Both the position numbers and the translations under genes were made by a program. 64,000 bases of DNA from Parachlamydiales bacterium. Lineage in GTDB: Bacteria > Chlamydiota > Chlamydiia > Chlamydiales > JAJFMK01. The notes beneath the pieces were generated by a model. It ran no database searches and was not told the DNA's origin. It worked only from the letters and a program-made list of their open reading frames with translations. The DNA is taken from assembly GCA_963765145.1 (NCBI GenBank), contig CAVXVG010000027.1, positions 128,001-192,000 of the forward strand. Reading direction: 5' to 3'. Below are positions 41,857 through 50,484 of this stretch, in pieces. Positions within the stretch are counted from its first letter, which is position 1. Every line of letters starts with the position of its first letter.

Positions 41857-42186
41857 AAACCACAGAGTCACTGAGATCACTGAGGAAATATGTGAGCACT
41901 GAGAGTCACTTTTTTGGTAACAATTCAGTCTTCTTTTATGCAGTAACCGGGAATAAGTATCATTTTTCTCTGCGTCTCTCCGTCTCTGCGTCTCTGCGTT
42001 TAGAAATTTAACTATCTTTTGCCCACAAAAAACGCCTTGGCAAAAGCCAGCTAAATTTTTAAACGCAGAGACGCAGAGGTGCAGAGACGCAGAGAAAAGG
42101 CGAAGCCCGAATTGAACTTTTTTAACCAAAAGAGTGGCTCTCAGTGCTCTCATATTTTCTCAGTGATCTCAGTGGCTCTGTGGTTT
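41857..42186. repeat. Family B element with nested (GCAGAGAC)n palindrome (41963-42098)
   Basis: AAACCACAGAGTCACTGAGATCACTGAGGAAATATG / CATATTTTCTCAGTGATCTCAGTGGCTCTGTGGTTT; inner CTCTGCGTCTCTGCGTTT...AAACGCAGAGACGCAGAG. Confidence 0.9.
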
Positions 42187-45100
42187 GTTGTGCATTATTT
42201 CTTCTTGCTGATCCTTCCATACTTTACGATTTTCTGCGAAGGTTTCTCTCATGCTTCTGAGCAAACTTTTCCATTCTTTCAAATCTTTACCCATCTCAAC
42301 CGTGTTGGAAGAAAATAAATCTTTTTTCCGCTCATCTTCTTTCGCCAGTTGATCGATTCTGGATTGGACAAACTGCTCCATCTCTAGCTCTAGAGCCTCA
42401 TTATTCTGTGGAGGCTTCACGCCGTCCTTTGAATAGACAGGCAATGCACCAGCCGACCATTGAGCATAGAGAGGGGCTAACAATTCGGCTCCATCTTTTG
42501 AGCTGATGGTAACGCCTAGGGTCTCTACCCCTTTTCTCTGATCGTCAAACAACTTTCTTATCGTAGGAGAGGTGATCGCATTATCTGATGCAATTGTACT
42601 AGAGTAAAGCTCCTGTTTGATCTTTTTGTAGGCCAATGTTTTGCTTGAGAGGTTACGGATATAGATTACCAGCTGCGCCCTTTGCCAGGGGGTTGTGATG
42701 TCGGCAAACGAGGTCATGGCAGTTCCCGGAACGCCATAAGTGATCGATTGCAATAACCGCATATCATCATGCGAATCGATCCAATCGAGATTGGTTAACA
42801 TCCTTGGTTTTGCATCTTGCATCACTTCGGCCCGGTTGCTCGATCCATCTGCGTCAGCCCCATGGCACATGGCGCATTGCAATAGAAACAATTGTTGGCC
42901 CGCAACAATGTTCTCAGGGGTGTAGTATTCTTTTTTTATGTAGTACCGATCAGATGTGATCCCATAGGGGTCTCCAAGTTCCTTATCAAAAAGCTTCTCT
43001 TCAGTCCATTTTGTTTGAATCTGAAGCAAAAATCCGCTTTTCAAAGGTTGCGAAGAGGGCTGGCTGTTCAATTCATGGATGAATTCTTCAGGTCCATAGC
43101 GCCATTTATCTGGCTGAGCACCTGTACCTCCGGGAAGCTGATTAAAAATCCACTGGACCATGAGATTCACTTCACCTTCTGTGTAAACAGGTGTTGCAAA
43201 CCCTTCTCCCTTTTGCGGGTGTGATTCACCCCAAGGGGCCATCGGCGTCCCTTTGACTCCATGGATGATCGAACCTTTCATCCGCTCTCTTCCAAGGCCG
43301 CTTAAAAAATTGCCGTTCCGTAAGTTTTTCGGAATGGGGTAGATCCAAACCGATACAGGGCCATTGCCTTTCAATTGATCTCCATGGCATTGGGCGCAAG
43401 TTCTTTGGTAGGCCATTCGGGGGTCAAAACCAAATAGCTCCCATTCTCCCCTCAGATGGTCTCTATTTTTCTTTCCTAATTGGTTGAGCATGTAGGTTAA
43501 TTGTTGGAATTTAGAATCATCAAAAGGAAATACAGGCATGATCGAACGAGGAACATGGCTTGCAGGGTTCCAAAAATGCTCCATTAGCCATTCGTCTGAA
43601 TGGTATACACCAGACCAATTGGGTCTTGGACCTATTAAACGGCCTAAGCCGTAAACTTGGTAATACCCTTTCATAACACGGTGAACACGGTCTTGCCATT
43701 GTGGGTCCCCGTCTTGCCTTAATGCAAACCGGAAGGGGGCAAAGAAACCGGGCAATAGCTGAGGATCTTCTGCCTCAAGTTCTTCTAAGATGGAAAAAGG
43801 TCGAACGCCATGAACAAGACGTTCATCGATCTCTTCTCTCTTTTCTTTGAGGATGTTTACGAATTCACGGCTGCCAACATCTTCAGGAATCGTATCGCGG
43901 AACCAATGCTCCTTTTCATATGTTTCTCTTTGTCCATTAGATTTGAAACCTACTTCAGAAGTGTACCCCTCTAACCTATGGCAGCTAGCGCATCCTTGAA
44001 GGGCAAACGTTTTCATACCGGCATTTAAATTGTAAATTTCTTCGGATGGAATAGGTTTTTCAATGGCCGTTCTTTCGCCAGAGTCCCAGGCTTTCAACAA
44101 TGTTTTTCGCCCCACATCAGACTCAGACGCCTTTTTTCCTTTCTGAGCGAGTAAATAGGTCATCAGATCTTGCAGCTCTTCATGGTCTAAAACCATGTTA
44201 GGCATGGTCGATGTTTTTAAATCGGCTTGCGGCCATACGATCGACTCTTTCACAAACCAGGGGTAGCTGTTCCCCTCATTTGTCAATTCAGGTCCCACCC
44301 CACCTCGTGCTACACCTGCAATTTTATGACAGGCATAACATCCTTGAGAGATGTACAGAGAACGGCCTCTTTTAAAATGAGTCGTCAGCTGATCAACCTC
44401 GTTTTCCATTTGATCTAAATCGGCAGCATCGTTGACCGCTTTTCGAACCCCTTCCTCCGTTGTGGAAACATGATCAAGGATGCTTTGAGTCAGATCGACA
44501 TTTAATATAAGTTTGAAGAGAGTGCCTGTTGCCTCAGGAGAGCCTTTATTGGCTTGTAACAAGTCAGGTAAGGGCTTCCCTTGTTCAAGGTCTTTCAGAA
44601 TCGATTCGGTCAAGGCTGGCGTGCCCAATGCCTTTTCCATTTCCTTGTCGATTTGATCGAGAAGAATGGTTTGATTTGCGGCAATTCCCGCCATCTTTTT
44701 ATGTACCCAGGGTTGCGTCACCCTTTCAGGGTTTCCTAACCCTGGGCTATATTCCTTCACCCCATTCTGGGGTGATTCGTCTTTCTCAGCGGGAATTGCC
44801 GCTTGATTCGCCGCTTCGTTTAAAAGCCTCAATTGCCCTTTGGCGGCCTTAACATTAGGAAGAGGCAATGTATCGTCATGTGTCTTTTTTAAAACGATCT
44901 CTTTTGCTTTCTCAATCCCATTCTTTTGAATGATCTCTTGCAATCCGTAGAGCGTCATAAAGGCATCTATGCCTTGTTGCACACCTTTTTTCTGAAGGTC
45001 AAGCTCTTTGTCCTTTTGCTGCAAAAGTCTGGTGATCTTACCTTTTGCCTCTTCAAACTGTTCTCCACCTACTTTATGGCATTGGACACACTTGGCCTCC

Positions 45101-45903
45101 ATTAAAGGGCCAATCAACATGGGCGTGGTTTGAAAGAGAAGTTTGTCGCCCGGCTTATCATTAAAAATAGAGGCAAATTTTGGGTCGTGGATAGGGTCGC
45201 GTTCTAAAAATTGTGGTTTTGGCCCCTCAAATTCAATGTCGTAGGTTCCGTCGAAAATAGGACCATGGGCACGATCTAGGGTTAAGGCTCTACCATTTCC
45301 ACTGTGACAACTTGTGCAACCAAATTCGTTCATCGGATGGTATTCCAACGGACGCACCTCTTTACCCATCAGAGGATGCATTTGAAGAGCCCCTTCAATT
45401 TTAGGGGTGGAAATGGCCTCCAATTGCTTGGCTCTATTGAGCCGTTCGTCTACCGCGCTTTGATCGCTATTTTTTTCAAGAGAGGCGATGGTGTCAGGGT
45501 CTCTTAGCTGATCGATCGTTTCTCGAAGCAAATAGAAGACATAGGTGGGGTTTCTCTCTTTGATTGGAACGCCATGGTTGTCTCTTAAAATTTCGCCATT
45601 GATGTCTTTTGCAATCCTGGTAGGAGAAAAATCCTCAACTTCTAGTGCAACGTGGCAAGAGACGCACCGGTCAACTTTTTCGGGCCCCTTTCCTTCCATC
45701 ATCAGAATTTGTTTTACACCGAGAGAAAAGGGGGCTGGTGGCTCTCCTGTGAAAGAAGATCGGAAGAGCTCTACCTTCTGAAAGGCCTCTTGATAAATTT
45801 TATATTCGGGAAAAAGTTCTCTAAACCAAAAGACGCAAAACAGGGCAGCGGTGACCAATAAAAGGAGGATCAGCGAAAGTTGGTACTTGTTAGCTGACCT
45901 CAT
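42169..45903 (-). CDS. Membrane-anchored multiheme cytochrome c (7 CxxCH)
   Basis: CVSCH, CTSCH, CVQCH, CYACH, CASCH, CAQCH, CAMCH; N-terminal TM; AAGGAG RBS favours ATG 45903 (track start 45909). Confidence 0.9.
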   Translation of the reverse strand: MRSANKYQLSLILLLLVTAALFCVFWFRELFPEYKIYQEAFQKVELFRSSFTGEPPAPFSLGVKQILMMEGKGPEKVDRCVSCHVALEVEDFSPTRIAKDINGEILRDNHGVPIKERNPTYVFYLLRETIDQLRDPDTIASLEKNSDQSAVDERLNRAKQLEAISTPKIEGALQMHPLMGKEVRPLEYHPMNEFGCTSCHSGNGRALTLDRAHGPIFDGTYDIEFEGPKPQFLERDPIHDPKFASIFNDKPGDKLLFQTTPMLIGPLMEAKCVQCHKVGGEQFEEAKGKITRLLQQKDKELDLQKKGVQQGIDAFMTLYGLQEIIQKNGIEKAKEIVLKKTHDDTLPLPNVKAAKGQLRLLNEAANQAAIPAEKDESPQNGVKEYSPGLGNPERVTQPWVHKKMAGIAANQTILLDQIDKEMEKALGTPALTESILKDLEQGKPLPDLLQANKGSPEATGTLFKLILNVDLTQSILDHVSTTEEGVRKAVNDAADLDQMENEVDQLTTHFKRGRSLYISQGCYACHKIAGVARGGVGPELTNEGNSYPWFVKESIVWPQADLKTSTMPNMVLDHEELQDLMTYLLAQKGKKASESDVGRKTLLKAWDSGERTAIEKPIPSEEIYNLNAGMKTFALQGCASCHRLEGYTSEVGFKSNGQRETYEKEHWFRDTIPEDVGSREFVNILKEKREEIDERLVHGVRPFSILEELEAEDPQLLPGFFAPFRFALRQDGDPQWQDRVHRVMKGYYQVYGLGRLIGPRPNWSGVYHSDEWLMEHFWNPASHVPRSIMPVFPFDDSKFQQLTYMLNQLGKKNRDHLRGEWELFGFDPRMAYQRTCAQCHGDQLKGNGPVSVWIYPIPKNLRNGNFLSGLGRERMKGSIIHGVKGTPMAPWGESHPQKGEGFATPVYTEGEVNLMVQWIFNQLPGGTGAQPDKWRYGPEEFIHELNSQPSSQPLKSGFLLQIQTKWTEEKLFDKELGDPYGITSDRYYIKKEYYTPENIVAGQQLFLLQCAMCHGADADGSSNRAEVMQDAKPRMLTNLDWIDSHDDMRLLQSITYGVPGTAMTSFADITTPWQRAQLVIYIRNLSSKTLAYKKIKQELYSSTIASDNAITSPTIRKLFDDQRKGVETLGVTISSKDGAELLAPLYAQWSAGALPVYSKDGVKPPQNNEALELEMEQFVQSRIDQLAKEDERKKDLFSSNTVEMGKDLKEWKSLLRSMRETFAENRKVWKDQQEEIMHNKPQSH
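44679..44801 (-). mobile_element. Family D MITE-like element inserted in-frame in the cytochrome c gene
   Basis: 11-bp TIR CGGCAATTCCC; core CACCCCAGAATGGGGTG...AGCCCAGGGT...AACCCTGAAAGGGTGA...CAACCCTGGG shared with the intergenic copies. Confidence 0.85.
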
Positions 45904-46023
45904 CAACATTTCTCCTTAAAAAACTGATAAAACACCCCAGAATGGAGTGAAGGATGGTAGCCCAGGGTAAAGAAACCCTGAAAGGGTGATGCAACCCTGG
46001 GAATCAATTGATATTTACTGCCC
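45904..46023 (+). repeat. Family D element, degenerate ends
   Basis: Core at 45933-46001 closely matches the other two copies. Confidence 0.85.
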
Positions 46024-46030
46024 GACCTCA

Positions 46031-47353
46031 TCAGTGCCTCGCATAGTTTTCAAACCAAGGATAGATCCAACCCCAGTTGGCCCCTCGGAAATAGGTTCCA
46101 ATGATGATAAAAAGGGTTTGCCACACCATGAAGGCTGTAAATAGAAAAATGGCCACATAACGGCTTCTGTGAAACCAATAACCAGTCCCGTAGGGGTTTC
46201 TATCTAAATAGGGGACTAACATCAATCCGATGACCATGAGAGCGGGCACGCCTACGCCACCCCAAAAAGCCGAATAAGAGACCATCTCTTGCAAACCTAA
46301 AAAGTACCAGGGAGCTTTAGAGGGGTTTGGAGGTTTGGTTGGGTCAGCCGCTTCTTCTAAAGGCGCATTGATAAAAGAGAGTGCTAGAACCAATACTGTG
46401 CTAAATAGAAAGGCCACCATTTCAGCCCGAAGTAGATGAGGCCAGGTGAACACGAAATTATAGGGTCCTTTGTCAACGGTGGGGCACGTTCCTCTAACCA
46501 GTTCCATCAGTCCGTAGGTTCGTTTTACACCGGGCGCAAACGACTCTTTTGTATCACTTCGTTGCACGACTCTGTAGGGCTCTGGCTTAAATTTATCGGG
46601 CGGACGGGAAAGGCCCCCGTCTTTTCGAACTCTCCAGAAGTGCACTCCGATAAGTAATGTGGCCGCGAGAGGCAGAACAGCCACATGGAGGACATAAAAG
46701 CGGATCAGAGCATCTTGCCCAACACTTGTCGATGCTAACAACATTGTTTTATTGATGTTGTATTGAAAGCCGGGAATGTTAGGGGCGTAGCCTGCAATTT
46801 CAGAGCCCACCGTAATAGCCCAGAAGGCAAGCTGATCCCATGGCAGAAGATAACCGGTAAAAGAGAGAAGCAGCGTCAAGACCATTAAGATGACACCGAC
46901 GACCCAATTAAACTTCCGTTCACCCTTGTAAGAACCGGTATAAAAGACCCTCGACATGTGGAGAAAGACAAACAGCACCATCATGTGGGCACTCCAACGG
47001 TGCATATTGCGCCACATTTGTGCGAAAGGGGTGGTGTCTTGCCAATCCTTCATGATCTCGTAGGCCCTATCTTCAGCCGGGATGTAATAAAACATCAAAA
47101 CAACGCCGGAGATAGTTAGAAGCACAAAGAGAGAGAAAGAGATGACGCCTAGTCCTAGCGTATAAAAGGGGTCGATTGAGTTTTTATGACATTTGACAGG
47201 ATGGATATGCAAAAAGAAGTTTTTGAACACAATTTCCGAACGGTCAACATCGTTATTGGGATAATTGTGCCGAAAAATGGATCGAATAAAGGCCCTTGGC
47301 ATGTCGAGCAAATGGGCAAGAAAACTTTCTTTTGGCTGGCCTTTAAAGTTCAT
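46031..47353 (-). CDS. petB: Cytochrome b (b6-like fused to subunit IV) of a Rieske/cyt b complex
   Basis: RNMHRWSAH...LHMSR, FTGYLLPWDQ, RFYVLH...VHF, NPSKAPWYF. Confidence 0.92.
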   Translation of the reverse strand: MNFKGQPKESFLAHLLDMPRAFIRSIFRHNYPNNDVDRSEIVFKNFFLHIHPVKCHKNSIDPFYTLGLGVISFSLFVLLTISGVVLMFYYIPAEDRAYEIMKDWQDTTPFAQMWRNMHRWSAHMMVLFVFLHMSRVFYTGSYKGERKFNWVVGVILMVLTLLLSFTGYLLPWDQLAFWAITVGSEIAGYAPNIPGFQYNINKTMLLASTSVGQDALIRFYVLHVAVLPLAATLLIGVHFWRVRKDGGLSRPPDKFKPEPYRVVQRSDTKESFAPGVKRTYGLMELVRGTCPTVDKGPYNFVFTWPHLLRAEMVAFLFSTVLVLALSFINAPLEEAADPTKPPNPSKAPWYFLGLQEMVSYSAFWGGVGVPALMVIGLMLVPYLDRNPYGTGYWFHRSRYVAIFLFTAFMVWQTLFIIIGTYFRGANWGWIYPWFENYARH

Positions 47354-47477
47354 CAGCAATTTCCGTTAGAAAAAAGTGGAGCACCCCAGAATGGGGTGCA
47401 GGATTGTAGCCCAGGGTAAAAAAACCCTGAAAGGGTGATGCAGCCCTGGGTATTTCAAGTTCTGAAGGGAATTGCTG
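47354..47477 (+). mobile_element. Family D MITE-like element
   Basis: TIRs CAGCAATTTCC / GGGAATTGCTG; core 47382-47450. Confidence 0.85.
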
Positions 47478-47482
47478 AAGAT

Positions 47483-47986
47483 TCATGCTGAAAACCACGC
47501 TGTGTCGTAATCTAAAGTGGTTTTTGCTTTATCCACCATCAAATCTCCTGATGCCCCTTTGAAGACGTCAAAAAAAACTAAAGGTCTCGGCGCTGGGCCA
47601 GAAACGTTTCTGCCTAGCTTGTCGTAAACAGAACCATGACACGGACATTTATAGCCGGTCTCTGTCATGTTGACGGTGCAGCCTAAGTGGGTACAAACAG
47701 CTGTCTGAACGCGCACCTTGCCAGCCTGCGATTGAATAAACACCTTTTGGCTGGCCATGAAAAGCTTTCCATCCTTTGACAAAACATCTTCAGGACGTCC
47801 AATAGAAAAGATGGAAGGGGGGATTTTCATCGCATTGGGATAAAGGAAACCGAGTACAGAGACGCCAAGCAGCTGTAGCGCACCAAAGCCGGCTGCTGCT
47901 CCTAGCAGAACAAGAAAACGCCTCCTGCTCATGGCAGGGTCGTATCCATCCCCATCTTTATTTAATGAATTGCGATATTTAGGCAT
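47483..47986 (-). CDS. Rieske [2Fe-2S] protein with Tat signal
   Basis: [27 protein letters not shown]. Confidence 0.93.
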   Translation of the reverse strand: MPKYRNSLNKDGDGYDPAMSRRRFLVLLGAAAGFGALQLLGVSVLGFLYPNAMKIPPSIFSIGRPEDVLSKDGKLFMASQKVFIQSQAGKVRVQTAVCTHLGCTVNMTETGYKCPCHGSVYDKLGRNVSGPAPRPLVFFDVFKGASGDLMVDKAKTTLDYDTAWFSA

Positions 47987-48116
47987 CGTCTCTATCCCTG
48001 AACACGATATATTTAATCTCTTCTGAGTTGTCGAATTGTCCTTTTCGTGCGTAATAGAAATAGCAAAAAAAGGAGAAAAGGCCCATCACAATCGTTCCTA
48101 TAACCGCCCAAGCCAC
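47979..48116 (-). CDS. ccoS: CcoS-like cbb3 assembly peptide, about 45 aa
   Basis: Not in track: (V)[49 protein letters not shown] motif; start uncertain. Confidence 0.65.
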   Translation of the reverse strand: MAWAVIGTIVMGLFSFFCYFYYARKGQFDNSEEIKYIVFRDRDDA

Positions 48117-48139
48117 AAATTAAGGTCTCATTGCAGGAC

Positions 48140-48299
48140 AAACCACAGAGACACAGAGATCACAGAGGCTGTTTGAGATAGTGAGGAAAGCCTTTTGATT
48201 TATAGATGTTCGATTGAATTTCACCAAAATTCGCATGACTAGTTAACTCCTCTCAATCTTCTCATACTTTCTCTGTGATCTCTCGTGTCTCTGTGGTTT
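48140..48299. repeat. Family B palindromic element
   Basis: AAACCACAGAGACACAGAGATCACAGAG / CTCTGTGATCTCTCGTGTCTCTGTGGTTT. Confidence 0.9.
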
Positions 48300-48308
48300 A
48301 AAATTAAA

Positions 48309-50141
48309 TTAACCAATCCATCTAAAGCTATAATCCATCAGGTCCATGGTCACCGCTTGGGTTGGACACTTCTCGGCACATAGCCCGCAACGGATACAAA
48401 GATCCTCATCTTTTAACATGGCTGTTCCCATCAGGTCGAGCGATTCTTTTTCCATCCCTCGACTATCGACTCCATAATAGTTATCGACAGCTTTGCGCAA
48501 ACTTCCATCGGCCAAATCCAGATTCAGCTTGCTGATAGGAACTTGAGAGAGGCAATTGGTAGGGCAGACATCGACACACCCATTGCATTTGATACAAAGG
48601 GAGCCATCAAAAACTGGAGAAACGTGACACTGCAAACAACGGTTACTTTGTTCTATAGCCTCTTGCATGGTGTAGTTATTTTCTACCATGTTCAGGTTGT
48701 GGACTCTCTCTTTTACAGGCTGTGCAGTAGGAAGAGCGTAAGGGGTTCTTAGATAGGTTTTGTCTCGCATTGGCTGGATTTCGTGAAACTCTGCCGAAAA
48801 TTCTTGGTAAGGATTGGTCCCAAGCAAGTCATGGTCAATGGCCCTTGCAGACTCCTGTCCATGCCGAATGGCAGTGATAAAAAGAGCAGGTCCATATCCT
48901 GCATCTCCTCCGGAATATAGTTTAGGAATAGACGTCCGCCCGGTTCCACGCTCAACCTTGATTAACCCTCTATCTAGGACTAGCTTATCCTTCTCTTTCC
49001 AACCATCCATGAAGGAGGCGTCAAGCCCCTGGCCAATAGCAAGGGCAATGCAATCACAGGGGATCACCCTTTCACTCCCTTCAATCCATCGAGGAGCAAA
49101 CCTCCCTTCGACATCAAAAAGAGAGAGGATTTGCTGCACTTTCAATCCAATCACATTCCCTTCATCATCTCTGACAATCTCTTTGGGGCCTAAACGATTC
49201 AGAATGGTAATACCCTCTTCCATGCCGTCTTCGATCTCAAATTCATCAGCTGTCTGTTCATCTCGGGCTTCCAAACAGACCATTGTAACTGTGTCGGCCC
49301 CATTTCTTACTGAAGAGCGAGCCACGTCAAAGGCAACGTTTCCTCCTCCAATCACCAACATGTGCTTTTTAATGGGCCATGTTCCACCTGCACATAGTAC
49401 ACGCAGGTAATCGATCCCTTTGATGATATCTGGTTGGTCAGCGCCGGTGATCGGCAAGTCGCGTGATTTCCATAAACCCACCCCTAAAAAGACCGCATCA
49501 TAATGGTCTAATAGGTCATCCATGGTTTTGTCACGGCCAATTTTGTGGTTGTAGAAAACTTTAGCTCCCAAAGCTTCGATTGCATAACATTCGTTCACAA
49601 CGATTTCGTTTTTAAGGCGATATTTAGGAACTCCGTAATAAAGCATACCGCCAGGTTGAGACATCCATTCGTAGACATCAACAGCATAGCCAAGGCGCAA
49701 TAAATCGTGAGCAAGTGTTAAAGAAGCAACTCCTGCTCCTACGCAGGCTACTTTTAAACCATTGGGTGTTGGTTTTGTAGAACCGCGAGCGTAGCTAAAT
49801 TCCAAAGATTGGATATGCGCCTCTTTGGAAAGGCCAAACCATTCATCTAAAAATCGCTTTTGCGCCCTAATCGTAAGTGTTTTGTCTACCCTATCTCTTC
49901 TACACGTTGTTTCGCAGGGGGCGCCGCAGATCATGCCGCAGATTGAGGCAAAGGGGTTTGGCCCTCTTGCTATCTTGTACCCTTCTAAAAAGTTCCCCGC
50001 ATGGAGTGCCAGCATGTATCCCCGCCCATCTGTATTGACAGGGCATCCATCGCGACAATCGATTTGCCTAATAAAATAGGTCAAATCCGGAATCGTCACA
50101 TCGTACAATTCCCTATAACCTTGTAGTAGTTCGTTATCCAT
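48309..50141 (-). CDS. FAD/NAD(P)H oxidoreductase of GltD/NfnB type with C-terminal 2x[4Fe-4S] ferredoxin domain
   Basis: CRDGCP, CGMICGAPCETTC, VGAGVAS, IGGGNVAFD, RCLQC, CIKCNGCVDVCP, CIRCGLCAEKCP. Confidence 0.88.
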   Translation of the reverse strand: MDNELLQGYRELYDVTIPDLTYFIRQIDCRDGCPVNTDGRGYMLALHAGNFLEGYKIARGPNPFASICGMICGAPCETTCRRDRVDKTLTIRAQKRFLDEWFGLSKEAHIQSLEFSYARGSTKPTPNGLKVACVGAGVASLTLAHDLLRLGYAVDVYEWMSQPGGMLYYGVPKYRLKNEIVVNECYAIEALGAKVFYNHKIGRDKTMDDLLDHYDAVFLGVGLWKSRDLPITGADQPDIIKGIDYLRVLCAGGTWPIKKHMLVIGGGNVAFDVARSSVRNGADTVTMVCLEARDEQTADEFEIEDGMEEGITILNRLGPKEIVRDDEGNVIGLKVQQILSLFDVEGRFAPRWIEGSERVIPCDCIALAIGQGLDASFMDGWKEKDKLVLDRGLIKVERGTGRTSIPKLYSGGDAGYGPALFITAIRHGQESARAIDHDLLGTNPYQEFSAEFHEIQPMRDKTYLRTPYALPTAQPVKERVHNLNMVENNYTMQEAIEQSNRCLQCHVSPVFDGSLCIKCNGCVDVCPTNCLSQVPISKLNLDLADGSLRKAVDNYYGVDSRGMEKESLDLMGTAMLKDEDLCIRCGLCAEKCPTQAVTMDLMDYSFRWIG

Positions 50142-50175
50142 AGATTTGGAAGGTTATAACACTATCAAAATAAAA

Positions 50176-50482
50176 AAGGAGTAGGCGCTATTCCTTCAAA
50201 CACCGGAATGGCCATTTTCGGCTAGCGCTCTGAATCTCGCCTAATTACGCAACGCGTTTGGAGTGCTAAACTCCTGTTTAGCTTTCACTTATTATTGAGA
50301 GTGAAAGCTAAACAGGAGTTTAGCACTCCAAACGCGTTGCGTAATGTAGATTTTTTGGTAATCGAAAATGGCCAAGGGCCGTTTGCAGGCAGCCCGTAAA
50401 AAAAATCCAATCAAAGATGGAAAAAACCCTTTTACAGCCGAAGGTAGAAATTGAATTGGGCGCCCTCAAGCGCCCACTCCTT
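50176..50482. mobile_element. Family C element with nested family A palindrome (50244-50345)
   Basis: AAGGAGTAGGCGCT ... AGCGCCCACTCCTT termini; inner ATTACGCAACGCGTTTGGAGTGC...GCACTCCAAACGCGTTGCGTAAT. Confidence 0.85.
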
Positions 50483-50484
50483 AT

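Noticed and set aside
48814..49410. Long antisense ORFs (198 aa here, 184 aa at 18156-18710)
   Set aside because: Shadows of well-supported genes on the opposite strand, with no recognisable motifs.
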